Assembly (NCBI GenBank): GCA_016860985.1
Contig: BOKM01000001.1
Location: 984,040-1,048,039 of the forward strand
Length of the DNA: 64,000 bases
From: Patescibacteria group bacterium
Lineage (GTDB): Bacteria > Patescibacteriota > Dojkabacteria > GCA-002793355
Direction: 5' to 3'
This document shows positions 9,100 through 18,158 of this stretch, piece by piece. Made by a program: the position numbers and the translations under genes. Within the stretch, counting starts at the first letter, position 1; the number at the start of each line of letters is the position of its first letter. Under the pieces are notes generated by a model. That model worked only from the letters and a program-made list of their open reading frames with translations, was not told the DNA's origin and ran no database searches.

Positions 9100-10045
9100 T
9101 ATTTTTAAAAAACAAACAAATCGCCTTTTTATTATTTATTGTATTTCAGGTTTTGCCTATATAACTCTCCTATTGCTTTTATCTATAAGAGCTTTGCCAG
9201 GTTTTTTTATGCAAGTATTGTTTCTTGCTGATGCAATAATTAAAAGTCATTCAGAAATTAGCCCTATTATATTTAGTGATGCATTTATTAAAGCTTTCGT
9301 TTCAGGAGGAATCTCTATGGGTTTGATATTTATTGCAGTAAGAGGAATCTCTAGCTCAACAAAACAGCTAATAATAACCAGCAAATTTTTAAACTCCTTA
9401 AAGATTAAATCTAAAGTTAATATTGTTAATTTAGATGTTACAGATACTTCTGTATTCACTGCTGGAATGATTACACCTAAGGTCTATATTTCCTCAAAGC
9501 TAAAGGACTCATTAACTTCTGAACAGTTAAAGGCGGTTTTGCATCATGAGTTTTCGCATTGCAAAGATCATGACCCATTAAGAGGGTTTATCGTACAACT
9601 CATCAATAACATACTTCCGAAATTTCCTTTTAAGAACAAATTGAAAGATATTTATTTCACATCTGTTGAATTAAAAAGTGATGAACACTCCAAAAATATA
9701 TTAGGAAAGAAAAGACCAATTATAGAAGCCTTATACTCAATTCTGAGTAACGATTTTTCCATGTCAATGCAACCGAATTTAGCACATTTTAGTAATATGC
9801 CCGAAAGAATACCTGTATTAGTTGGAGCAAAAAAGTTTAACTTCAAATTAGTTACTGCTTTATCATCATTCTTTCTATTTGCCTTAGTCAGTTTACCTGT
9901 TTTGGCCTATACAGCAAAATTTTATAACTGTGAACATATTGAAGATTGTATTCAAATATTTGTTAATAATCTGCAAAGCAATTCTTCTGAAAATCTATGC
10001 TCTATGCATTCGATGGATACTCCAACTTCTTGTACATCAAATTAA
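9092..10045 (+). CDS. BlaR1-like M56 family peptidase (paralogue 2) with a Cys-rich C-terminal tail
   Basis: HExxH in VLHHEFSHCKDHDPL. N-terminal TM segments. The C-terminus is FYNCEHIEDCIQIF...LCSMHSMDTPTSCTSN. Confidence 0.8.
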   Translation: MNNIFKKQTNRLFIIYCISGFAYITLLLLLSIRALPGFFMQVLFLADAIIKSHSEISPIIFSDAFIKAFVSGGISMGLIFIAVRGISSSTKQLIITSKFLNSLKIKSKVNIVNLDVTDTSVFTAGMITPKVYISSKLKDSLTSEQLKAVLHHEFSHCKDHDPLRGFIVQLINNILPKFPFKNKLKDIYFTSVELKSDEHSKNILGKKRPIIEALYSILSNDFSMSMQPNLAHFSNMPERIPVLVGAKKFNFKLVTALSSFFLFALVSLPVLAYTAKFYNCEHIEDCIQIFVNNLQSNSSENLCSMHSMDTPTSCTSN

Positions 10046-10075
10046 TTCTAAAAGTTCTTGACAATTAATCATTAA

Positions 10076-10095
10076 GCTACTACACTTGTAGTAGC
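10076..10095. promoter_or_regulatory. Putative operator (GCTACTACA-CT-TGTAGTAGC, perfect 9-nt arms, cop-box TACAnnTGTA)
   Basis: TTGACA -35 at 10058-10063. The operator overlaps the -10 position. Start codon at 10117. Confidence 0.65.
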
Positions 10096-10116
10096 TTAAT
10101 TTGTTATGAACTATGA

Positions 10117-11706
10117 ATGAAAAGTAAATCGAAAAAATCAGAACCTCAATTACAAGAATGCAGTTACTCTGTAAAGGGAATGCATTGTGCAAGTTGTGAA
10201 GTCCTCATTGAAAAAAAACTTATAAAACAAACTAATATAGAAGGTGTAGATGCCTCTACTTCAGACAACAAAGTAATAATAGAATATAAAGGAGAGAAGC
10301 CTACTCTAGATCAATTGAATAAATTGTTTAAAGCTGAAGGCTATAGTTTTGATGAAAATGACAGTAAAGATGCAGTTCAAGATGATGTTGAAAAGTTGTT
10401 TCAAGTTGAAAATGGTAAGTTAACTTTTAGCACACGCAAACTCAACTCTATTCTCTTTATTATCGTGGGGGTTGCGGGTATTTTCTTAATCTATAAACTA
10501 TTTGAACGATTTGGATTAGCTTCTGCCGTCTCTGTAAACGCAACATCTGCATTACCTGCCTTTTTCTTTTTTGGTATTGTGGCTGGCTTTTCGAGCTGTG
10601 CAGCTCTTGTTGGTGGAATTGTTCTGTCAATGTCAAAGCAGTGGTATGAGCTTCACTCTACGAGCAATTCTTTTTCAGAAAAACTACAGCCACATCTATT
10701 GTTTAATATCGGGAGAATTGTTTCATTTGCAATACTTGGAGGTGTTTTAGGTGCGATTGGAAGTATTTTTACAATATCACCTTTATTTACAGCTATTGTC
10801 GCAATTCTTGTCTCTATAATGATGGTATTGTTAGGTTTGCAAATGCTCGGGATTAAGGCTTTTCAACGATTTCAGTTTAGAATGCCTAAAGTGTTTTCAA
10901 GGTACATTGCTGATGAATCCAATTTTGCAGGTAAATACATGCCTATGATTATGGGTGCACTTACATTCTTTCTTCCTTGTGGGTTCACCATTACGGCTCA
11001 AGGGTTAGCTATGGTATCAGGAGATCCTATTCGTGGAGCACTAATAATGTCGTTGTTTGCTTTAGGAACTTCTCCAATGCTTTTATTCATTGGAATGTCT
11101 AGTACAAAGATGTATGAAAAAGCTCATATTGCTGAAAATTTTATGAAGTTAGTTGGTATTCTCGTTATTTTTTTCGGACTTTCAACTGTCAATATGCAAT
11201 TAGTTGCCCTCGGACTTCCAAATTTAAATGACATTAGTTTCGGACAAAGTAGTATTAACCAGAGTAATAACATAGGCTCTTCAAATAGCACTCTTCCAGA
11301 AATTGTAAATGGAAAGCAAATCGTTAAGATGGAGGCAAGTGCTTCAGGTTATTCGCCTAATAATATTAAAGTAAGAGTTAATGTCCCTGTTCGATGGGAA
11401 ATCAATGACACTGGAACTTCTGGCTGTACTAACGCCATTATCTCTAAAGGTCTTTTTGATGGTCAGATAGATCTTGAAACAGGAAAAGTTGCAGTTAAAG
11501 AGTTTACTCCAACAAAAGTCGGGAAATATAGATTTAGCTGTTGGATGGGAATGGTAACAGGGGTTATTGAAGTTGTGGATGATACCGGTAAAACAGTAAG
11601 TGATTCGGGAACAACTAATAATCAGGTTGTTGTTGAGTCAGGTGCTAAAGGGTGCGGTTGTGGTGGAGGTGGTGGAAATTCATGCGGAGGTACAAAAAAC
11701 AACTAA
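10117..11706 (+). CDS. Three-part fusion protein: N-terminal HMA metal-binding domain, polytopic permease with conserved intramembrane Cys (CcdA/DsbD- or TauE-like), C-terminal cupredoxin-like domain
   Basis: GMHCASC (HMA MxCxxC). About 8 TM helices with FSSCAALVGG and FFLPCGF. The C-terminal soluble domain YSPNNIKVRVNVPVRWE...SGCTNAII...FSCWMGMVTG is paralogous to the standalone protein 13557-13994. A Gly/Cys-rich tail CGCGGGGGNSCGG follows. Confidence 0.7.
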   Translation: MKSKSKKSEPQLQECSYSVKGMHCASCEVLIEKKLIKQTNIEGVDASTSDNKVIIEYKGEKPTLDQLNKLFKAEGYSFDENDSKDAVQDDVEKLFQVENGKLTFSTRKLNSILFIIVGVAGIFLIYKLFERFGLASAVSVNATSALPAFFFFGIVAGFSSCAALVGGIVLSMSKQWYELHSTSNSFSEKLQPHLLFNIGRIVSFAILGGVLGAIGSIFTISPLFTAIVAILVSIMMVLLGLQMLGIKAFQRFQFRMPKVFSRYIADESNFAGKYMPMIMGALTFFLPCGFTITAQGLAMVSGDPIRGALIMSLFALGTSPMLLFIGMSSTKMYEKAHIAENFMKLVGILVIFFGLSTVNMQLVALGLPNLNDISFGQSSINQSNNIGSSNSTLPEIVNGKQIVKMEASASGYSPNNIKVRVNVPVRWEINDTGTSGCTNAIISKGLFDGQIDLETGKVAVKEFTPTKVGKYRFSCWMGMVTGVIEVVDDTGKTVSDSGTTNNQVVVESGAKGCGCGGGGGNSCGGTKNN

Positions 11707-11719
11707 TACAATTACATAA

Positions 11720-12697
11720 ATGATTCTAAGAATTAGTCCAACAAAACTTATTGTTCAAATATTTGTTACTCAATCATTAGTACTAGTATTTCTTGGAATA
11801 ACAAATATTATTGATCACCTAACGCTTTTTTATAATACCTTCACCCATTCTCAATTTATTTCTTTTGGTGTTTTAAGCTTAATTGTTAGTTTGGTAGTAC
11901 TTATTGTTTCTATTGCATACGGTCTCTCTTTGTGGCTCAATACTGTTTATGAGATAAGCAATGGAAAGCTCACGATAAAGAAGGGACTTTTAAACAGACA
12001 GGTATTAGAAATTAAATTAAGCAATATTGTACAAACTGAAAGTAATTTACCATTTTTAGGAAAGTTCTTTAATTATGGAGATATTTCATTTAAAACTGAA
12101 AATGGTGGGAAAACAATCAGGATTAAATCAATAACAGATGTACTAGATGTTCAAAAGTTTCTCCAAAACCAAAAAATGATTAATAGCAGTAGGCTTCCAA
12201 AAGTTACTAAAGAATCTATAGTTGAAATCATCAAAAACGGAGAGACAGATGAAATTGAATTCAAATCTAGTTTGAGATGGGATTTATCACTTCTAAAAGT
12301 AAATAAAGTATTAGAGAAATCAGTATTTAAGACAATAGTTGGATTTCTCAATGGCAATGGTGGATTGTTAATTGTTGGTGTTAGTGACACAGGGGAACTC
12401 TTAGGCTTAAATAATGACTATTTAAGCCTTCCAAAGAAAAATATTGATGGTTTCGAAAATCATATGACTCAACTCTTCGGCGAATGTATAGGGATTGAAC
12501 ATAGGCACTTAATAAAAATATTTCACTTCGTTATTGAGAATAAAGAAGTTGCGGTTGTGAGAATTAAGCCAAGTAAAAATCCAATTTATTTAAGGAATGG
12601 AGAAAATGAGGATTTTTTCTTGCGTACAGGAAATACTACCAGTTTACTTTCTGGGCATGAGATCTTTAATTATCTTAGATATCGTAACAAAATATGA
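11720..12697 (+). CDS. Membrane-anchored bPH_2 (DUF304/YdbT-like) domain protein fused to an AlbA_2/Schlafen-like putative DNA-binding domain
   Basis: Two N-terminal TMs. SNGKLTIKKGLLNRQVLEIKLSNIVQ...YGDISFKTENG matches bacterial PH domains. The C-terminus EIEFKSSLRWDL...KTIVGFLNGNGGLLIVGVSDTGELLG matches the AlbA_2 (PF04326) signature. Confidence 0.6.
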   Translation: MILRISPTKLIVQIFVTQSLVLVFLGITNIIDHLTLFYNTFTHSQFISFGVLSLIVSLVVLIVSIAYGLSLWLNTVYEISNGKLTIKKGLLNRQVLEIKLSNIVQTESNLPFLGKFFNYGDISFKTENGGKTIRIKSITDVLDVQKFLQNQKMINSSRLPKVTKESIVEIIKNGETDEIEFKSSLRWDLSLLKVNKVLEKSVFKTIVGFLNGNGGLLIVGVSDTGELLGLNNDYLSLPKKNIDGFENHMTQLFGECIGIEHRHLIKIFHFVIENKEVAVVRIKPSKNPIYLRNGENEDFFLRTGNTTSLLSGHEIFNYLRYRNKI

Positions 12698-13485
12698 AAA
12701 ATTTATTAACCAAATTACCCTTAGTTATTTCGTTGTTATTTATACTCGCTACATTGTTAGCTGTACTTGCTCCTGTATTTGCTTATTTAAAGCTAAACTT
12801 TTTATCTGACCCAATTTATTGGTTTTATCAGTGGTTTTGCCATCAAAGACCTTGGCGTTCATATCATATGTTTGATTATCAATATGCACTGGATGCGAGA
12901 ATGATTACTTTGTTTTTAGGTCTGGGTGTCGGTGGCTTATTAACATCAGTAAAAAAGTTAAAACCATTAAAATGGAAATATGTAATGATTGTTATCATAA
13001 TAATGATTGTTCCTATGGGAATTGATGGCATAACTCAATTAATTGCAGAGTTAAGTGTTATAAACAAAGTAACACAGTTGCCATTTTATGAGAGTACAAA
13101 TTTTATCAGAAGTATTACTGGTATTTTTGCAGGTGTTGGAATTTCAGTAGCATTATTTCCATATATTAATAATGGCGAATCTGTAGGTTTTAACAACGAT
13201 TATCTTAAAACAATACTTCTTGGAATGCTTATAACCTTTTTATTTATTCCTCTTTTTGTGTATCTATGGTTTGTATCCTCTACTAAATATACACCATCTT
13301 CAATGTTTATTGATTCATTACAGAGATTTCCAGGATACAATTATGAAGTAACAACTGGTGGCGGTCACTCAACCATCAATAGGATCATCAAAGAACCTAC
13401 AGATCTCTATAAGCAAAGAGAAAAGTATTATCAGAATAAGAATACTGGGCTATGCAGTGGTAGTACAAAAGAAAATTGTAATTAA
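12694..13485 (+). CDS. Polytopic membrane protein, DUF2085-like (CHQRP motif)
   Basis: Multiple TM helices. WFYQWFCHQRPWRSYHMF resembles the conserved CHQ-R-P-x-RSF motif of DUF2085. Low certainty. Confidence 0.45.
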   Translation: MKNLLTKLPLVISLLFILATLLAVLAPVFAYLKLNFLSDPIYWFYQWFCHQRPWRSYHMFDYQYALDARMITLFLGLGVGGLLTSVKKLKPLKWKYVMIVIIIMIVPMGIDGITQLIAELSVINKVTQLPFYESTNFIRSITGIFAGVGISVALFPYINNGESVGFNNDYLKTILLGMLITFLFIPLFVYLWFVSSTKYTPSSMFIDSLQRFPGYNYEVTTGGGHSTINRIIKEPTDLYKQREKYYQNKNTGLCSGSTKENCN

Positions 13486-13494
13486 TAATTGACA

Positions 13495-13516
13495 TACTAC
13501 TACATGTGTAGTAGTA
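13495..13516. promoter_or_regulatory. Putative operator (TACTACTACA-TG-TGTAGTAGTA, perfect 10-nt arms, cop-box TACAnnTGTA)
   Basis: TTGACA -35 at 13489-13494, immediately upstream. Start codon of the downstream operon at 13557. Confidence 0.65.
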
Positions 13517-13556
13517 TAACTAAGAATGCAGTAGATTAAATTTTAAATAACAAATA

Positions 13557-13994
13557 ATGTCTAAAAAGAATAAAAATATACAAGAAACTACCACAATTAA
13601 TGGAACAGGCGTATTGATTGGGATTGCTGTAATAGTTGTGATAGGTTTTGTCTTTCTTATTGGATCTGGAAATAATAATTCTGCAGATGTAAAAGGAGCA
13701 AGCTCAAGCGTTGTAAGTACTTCGGGAGATAAACAAGTTGTTGAAGTGACCGTTAGTGGCGGTTACTCACCTCGTACAATTAACGCCAAAGCAGGAGTTC
13801 CAACAATTATTCGCATGAAATCAGATGGTGCATATGGTTGTGAAAGAGCTTTTAGAATACCAAGTTTAGGAATATCAAAGACATTACCAGCAAGTGGTAA
13901 TACTGATATTGAAATTACTTCCCAAAATGCAGGTACCAGCTTAAGAGGTACGTGTAGTATGGGAATGTATAGTTTTGTAATTAATTTTAATTAA
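13557..13994 (+). CDS. Membrane-anchored cupredoxin-like metal-binding domain protein
   Basis: N-terminal TM. YSPRTINAKAGVPTIIRMKSDGAYGCERAF...GTCSMGMYSF is paralogous to the C-terminal domain of 10117-11706 (C...C-x-MGM). Confidence 0.55.
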   Translation: MSKKNKNIQETTTINGTGVLIGIAVIVVIGFVFLIGSGNNNSADVKGASSSVVSTSGDKQVVEVTVSGGYSPRTINAKAGVPTIIRMKSDGAYGCERAFRIPSLGISKTLPASGNTDIEITSQNAGTSLRGTCSMGMYSFVINFN

Positions 13995-14002
13995 TAATAT
14001 AT

Positions 14003-14227
14003 ATGAAATACCAAATAAATATTTCAGGCATGCACTGTTCAGGATGTAAGAACTTAATAACCATGTCTCTAGAAGACATTGGGCTAGAAGAAGTTGTTGT
14101 TGATCCTGAAAAGAATATTGCTACTTTCGTGACCGCTAATAAGGCTGAAGAGGTAGAAAAAGATCTTCAAGAAGTATTTAAAGAGTTAACAGACTATAAA
14201 TACTCTAATCTTAATATTATTGCTTAA
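14003..14227 (+). CDS. copZ: Heavy-metal-associated domain copper chaperone (CopZ-like)
   Basis: 74 aa. GMHCSGCKNLI (MxCxxC). Ferredoxin-like HMA length. Confidence 0.8.
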   Translation: MKYQINISGMHCSGCKNLITMSLEDIGLEEVVVDPEKNIATFVTANKAEEVEKDLQEVFKELTDYKYSNLNIIA

Positions 14228-14244
14228 TTTTTATTTAAATAACT

Positions 14245-14805
14245 ATGTCAAAATATATAACAATTTCACTCGTCATTATTTTCTTTGTACTTGGAACAGG
14301 TCTTGGCTATGTGGTATCACCACAATACTCAATGAACCAATATGAAAGTAAACAAATGGTAGATTTAGGTAAAGCTGATAAATATGTTGATTTACGGTAC
14401 ATAAATGCAATGATTGCACATCACAAGGGTGCGATGAAACTAGCAGAACAGGTTAAAAATGAATCTAGAAGACAAGATATTAAAGATTTAGCAAATATGA
14501 TTTTAACTGACGAACCCAAAGCAATTGCTGAACTATATCAATGGAAGAAGGATTGGTATAACGACACAACAGAAGTCGCTTCAATGGAAGTTCCAAATTT
14601 AGGTACATATGATGAAAAGTTGGATTGGAGATTTTTAAATGCTCTTATTACTCATCACGAATCTGGAATTGAAATGACAATGGAGATTCAAAAGAAATCA
14701 ACAAGAAATGAAATCTTGAACAATGCAAATGCTGTAGAAGACTTTTTACATAAAGGTAAGATCAAATTAAGTCAAATGAGAACTGATTGGTACGAAGTCA
14801 AATAA
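14245..14805 (+). CDS. DUF305 family protein (periplasmic, copper-resistance associated)
   Basis: N-terminal TM. Duplicated AHHKGAMKLAEQ and THHESGIEMTMEIQ, the H-H repeats typical of DUF305. Confidence 0.65.
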   Translation: MSKYITISLVIIFFVLGTGLGYVVSPQYSMNQYESKQMVDLGKADKYVDLRYINAMIAHHKGAMKLAEQVKNESRRQDIKDLANMILTDEPKAIAELYQWKKDWYNDTTEVASMEVPNLGTYDEKLDWRFLNALITHHESGIEMTMEIQKKSTRNEILNNANAVEDFLHKGKIKLSQMRTDWYEVK

Positions 14806-14829
14806 TTAACCTACTATCATATAAATAAC

Positions 14830-17142
14830 ATGGAAAAAATAACAATACCTATTAAGGGAATGCACTGTGCAAGTTGTGCATTAACAATTGAGAAAGCAAT
14901 TTCCAAAGTGAATGGAGTTGACTCAATTAAAGTAAATTATGGCACAGAAAAAGCAACTATTGAGTTTGATAAAACTGCAACATCTATAGACCAAATGAGC
15001 GAAAGAATAAAGCCATTTGGCTATGAATTGCAAAATGAAGTTGCAATGCCAATGAGTCACGGAAATATGTCTGCAAATGAACATGCAGAACACTTAGGAC
15101 TGGACAAAAGCAAGCAAGAAAAACTTAAGGAACTTGATGATCAAAAAGCTAAAGTCGAATTTGTATTGCCAATAGCAATAATGATCTTTGCTTTAATGAT
15201 GTGGGAAATTAGTGCAAAATCATTCCCAAATGTAGTTCCTGCATTTTTTCTTCCAATGCAACTATACTCCACAATGATGATGATTATTTCTTCTGTAGTA
15301 CTGTTTTGGATTGGACAACCTTTTTTAAAGGGCATTGTAAACTTCATTCAATATAAAGTTGCCAATATGGACACTTTAATTGGAATTGGTACTTTAACAG
15401 CGTATCTCTATAGCTCATTTGTTGTTTTATTCCCTAATATCGCACATTCGGCTGGACTTCCTGAAACAAATTACTTTGATGTTGCAATCGTTGTTATTGG
15501 ATTTATTGTCTTTGGTAAATATCTAGAAGCACGATCAAAGCTAAAAACAGGAGAAGCCATAGAAAAGTTAATGAATCTTCAAGCAAAGACTGCATTAGTA
15601 GAAAGAAATGGAGAAGAGGTTGAAATTGCAATTGATATGGTGCAACTTGATGATGTCGTCATCGTTAAACCAGGTGGAAAAATCCCTGTAGACGGCGTTA
15701 TTATCGAAGGCAAATCTTCAATTGATGAATCTATGGTAACTGGTGAGCCAATTCCAGTCGATAAAACAGTTGAAGACAAAGTTATCGGAGGAACAATAAA
15801 CAAACAAGGTACATTCAAATTTAAAGCTACAAAAGTTGGTTCAGATACTCTTTTGGCAAGCATTATTAAGATGGTTGAGGAAGCACAAGGTTCTCGAGCA
15901 CCAATCCAAAAATTGGCAGATCAAATTTCTGGTGTTTTTGTACCTGTAGTACTTATAATAGCTGTTCTGACCCTAATCATATGGTTGGCAGTTGGGAGTC
16001 AATTTATGCCCTTTAACGAAGCTCTTACCTATGGATTATTATGTTTCGTAGGTATCTTAGTAATTGCGTGTCCATGTGCTTTAGGTCTTGCTACTCCTAC
16101 AGCGATTATTGTAGGGGTTGGTAAAGGTGCTCAAAACGGTATTCTTATTAAAAATGCTGAAAGTCTAGAAAAGTTGCATAAAGTTAATACCATTGTTGTC
16201 GATAAAACAGGTACAATTACAAAGGGCAAGCCTGAAGTTACAGATATTCTTCCTTCTTATGCCGATGAATCTCTTGACGGAGTTGAAATACTAAAATTAA
16301 TCGCTTCATTAGAAAAGAACTCGGAGCATCCATTAGCTGAAGCAATCAAGGAAAAGGCAAAATCTATGGATGTACAACTAGCAAAAGTTAATGACTTCGA
16401 AATCATTGAAGGTAAAGGATTAAAAGGTACTATTGATGGGAAGATGTACTATGCTGGCAATTTAAAGCTTATGGATGACTTAAATCTTGATTACGATAAG
16501 GATTTAATTGATAAATTGTCAAAGCAAGGTAAAACCCCAGTACTCTTTACAGATGATAAAAAGGTGTTAGCAACAATTGCAATTTCAGATACTATTAAAG
16601 AATCAAGTGCAGATGCAGTTGCAAGACTACATAAGCTCGGTGTTAAAGTTGTAATGCTTACTGGTGATAATCGAAACACTGCAAAATACATTGCAGACTT
16701 AGTAGGAATCGATAAAGTCTTTGCAGAGGTATTACCAAGTGAAAAAGCGGATAAGGTTCGTGAACTACAAGCAGAGGGTTTGGTTGTCGCAATGGCAGGA
16801 GATGGTGTAAATGATGCACCTGCACTCGCACAATCTGATGTTGGAATAGCTATGGGTACAGGTACTGATGTTGCAATTGAATCAGCAGACATAACATTGC
16901 TTGCGGGGGATATCTCAAAGATCCCACAAGCGATCAAGTTGTCAAAGAAAACAATGGCAACTATTAAGCAAAATCTCTTTTGGGCATTTATCTACAATGT
17001 TGTTGGTATTCCATTAGCGGCTGGATTACTCTTTCCAATTTGGGGAATTCTATTAAATCCAGTATTCGCAGGCTTAGCAATGGCATTTAGTAGTGTTTCT
17101 GTTGTTACAAATTCACTGAGATTGAAGTTTGTTAAGATTTAA
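14830..17142 (+). CDS. copA: Copper-translocating P1B-type ATPase CopA
   Basis: N-terminal [14 protein letters not shown] in [31 protein letters not shown]. 770 aa. Confidence 0.9.
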   Translation: MEKITIPIKGMHCASCALTIEKAISKVNGVDSIKVNYGTEKATIEFDKTATSIDQMSERIKPFGYELQNEVAMPMSHGNMSANEHAEHLGLDKSKQEKLKELDDQKAKVEFVLPIAIMIFALMMWEISAKSFPNVVPAFFLPMQLYSTMMMIISSVVLFWIGQPFLKGIVNFIQYKVANMDTLIGIGTLTAYLYSSFVVLFPNIAHSAGLPETNYFDVAIVVIGFIVFGKYLEARSKLKTGEAIEKLMNLQAKTALVERNGEEVEIAIDMVQLDDVVIVKPGGKIPVDGVIIEGKSSIDESMVTGEPIPVDKTVEDKVIGGTINKQGTFKFKATKVGSDTLLASIIKMVEEAQGSRAPIQKLADQISGVFVPVVLIIAVLTLIIWLAVGSQFMPFNEALTYGLLCFVGILVIACPCALGLATPTAIIVGVGKGAQNGILIKNAESLEKLHKVNTIVVDKTGTITKGKPEVTDILPSYADESLDGVEILKLIASLEKNSEHPLAEAIKEKAKSMDVQLAKVNDFEIIEGKGLKGTIDGKMYYAGNLKLMDDLNLDYDKDLIDKLSKQGKTPVLFTDDKKVLATIAISDTIKESSADAVARLHKLGVKVVMLTGDNRNTAKYIADLVGIDKVFAEVLPSEKADKVRELQAEGLVVAMAGDGVNDAPALAQSDVGIAMGTGTDVAIESADITLLAGDISKIPQAIKLSKKTMATIKQNLFWAFIYNVVGIPLAAGLLFPIWGILLNPVFAGLAMAFSSVSVVTNSLRLKFVKI

Positions 17143-17161
17143 TTTCTTAAATAATTAATGT

Positions 17162-17719
17162 ATGAAAAAAGAAGTATTAGGAGGTTTGATCATTGTAGCA
17201 ATTGTTGTTGGAGGTTTAGTTTTCTATTCATTGAATAATAAACAAAAATCAGACACTTTAACGAATCAACCTCAGCCGACCTCAAGTACAACGCCAACAA
17301 ATACAGTCGAAGAAACAGAGAAGTATGTGTTTACAGGAAATAAGGGTGAAACACTTCAATTGGTTGACGGAAAGGTATCTATTCCTACTAATGGATTCGA
17401 GGTTAATAAAGTAAAGTTCTTTAATGTAACTTTAGCTGATGGAACCACAGTCTATTTTATGGTCTTAAAAGATGCTGAAGGTAAATTTAGAGTTGCAGCT
17501 AATGGCAATAAACAGTGTGCAAAGTATGGGAAAGGTTATGTGCAAGAAGGAAACAAGCTTATTTGTACAGTTTGTGAAAAGAGTTATTCCGTTGAAGATT
17601 TTGCTATTGAAAAACCAGACTGCAACCCATACCCAATTAATGCAAATGAAAAGGTTAATGGAAGCAATGTTGTCATAGGTGTGAGCGAATTAGAAACTGT
17701 GACATCGCTATTTAAGTAG
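17162..17719 (+). CDS. Membrane-anchored Cys-rich hypothetical protein
   Basis: N-terminal TM. Thr/Pro-rich linker. The C-terminal CxxC-containing region is NGNKQCAKYG...ICTVCEKSY...PDCNPYP. Last gene of the co-directional block. Confidence 0.45.
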   Translation: MKKEVLGGLIIVAIVVGGLVFYSLNNKQKSDTLTNQPQPTSSTTPTNTVEETEKYVFTGNKGETLQLVDGKVSIPTNGFEVNKVKFFNVTLADGTTVYFMVLKDAEGKFRVAANGNKQCAKYGKGYVQEGNKLICTVCEKSYSVEDFAIEKPDCNPYPINANEKVNGSNVVIGVSELETVTSLFK

Positions 17720-17730
17720 CGTTAAAAGTA

Positions 17731-17776
17731 TAGTGGGTAGTAATAATACATACTACCCACTAGTTTGTGCCTTTTT
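17731..17776 (+). terminator. Rho-independent terminator-like hairpin
   Basis: Perfect 12-bp stem TAGTGGGTAGTA / TACTACCCACTA with an 8-nt loop, followed within a few nt by CCTTTTT. Located directly after the stop at 17719. Confidence 0.5.
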
Positions 17777-18158
17777 AGAACGATTTCTTTTTTAAGTGTA
17801 GGCAAATACCAAATAGTATTATTAAAAAATTAATTGGTAAAAAAGCAAAAGAGACCAACCAACTAATCCAGTTAAATGAAGATGATCTCATAATCATTCC
17901 ACTTTTCCCATGCGTAAATTTCATGTTTATATTATAATAAAAATTAGTTAAGAATAATAAAATTATCGATGAAAAGTGAGGCACCTGTACTAAGTGCGGT
18001 TCGGACTTCATCCAGTGCCCCGCTTGACTGGTTTTGTGCGCAGCGCAAAACAGACAAGCAGGTACGTGTCCGGACCCAATAGACAACTTCGTCTGAATAA
18101 TGAATTGGAGTTCGACCGGAACGTGTGCATGTCCTTTGTATATATGCAGATTCATGCA

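Noticed and set aside
12597-12809. 70-aa + strand ORF spanning the junction of two genes
   Set aside because: It is out of frame and fully overlaps the 3' end of 11720-12697 and the 5' end of 12694-13485. Its Cys-rich translation is an artefact.
15141-16937. Minus-strand ORFs (68, 94 and 148 aa) inside copA
   Set aside because: They are antisense to copA. Their low-complexity Ser/Thr/Ala-rich translations are typical of antisense reading of a GC-skewed coding strand.
17731-17762. Palindrome GTAGTA-N8-TACTAC as a sixth repressor operator
   Set aside because: The arm order is inverted relative to the operators (TACTAC-N-GTAGTA). It follows a stop codon and precedes a T-run. It is interpreted as a terminator hairpin.
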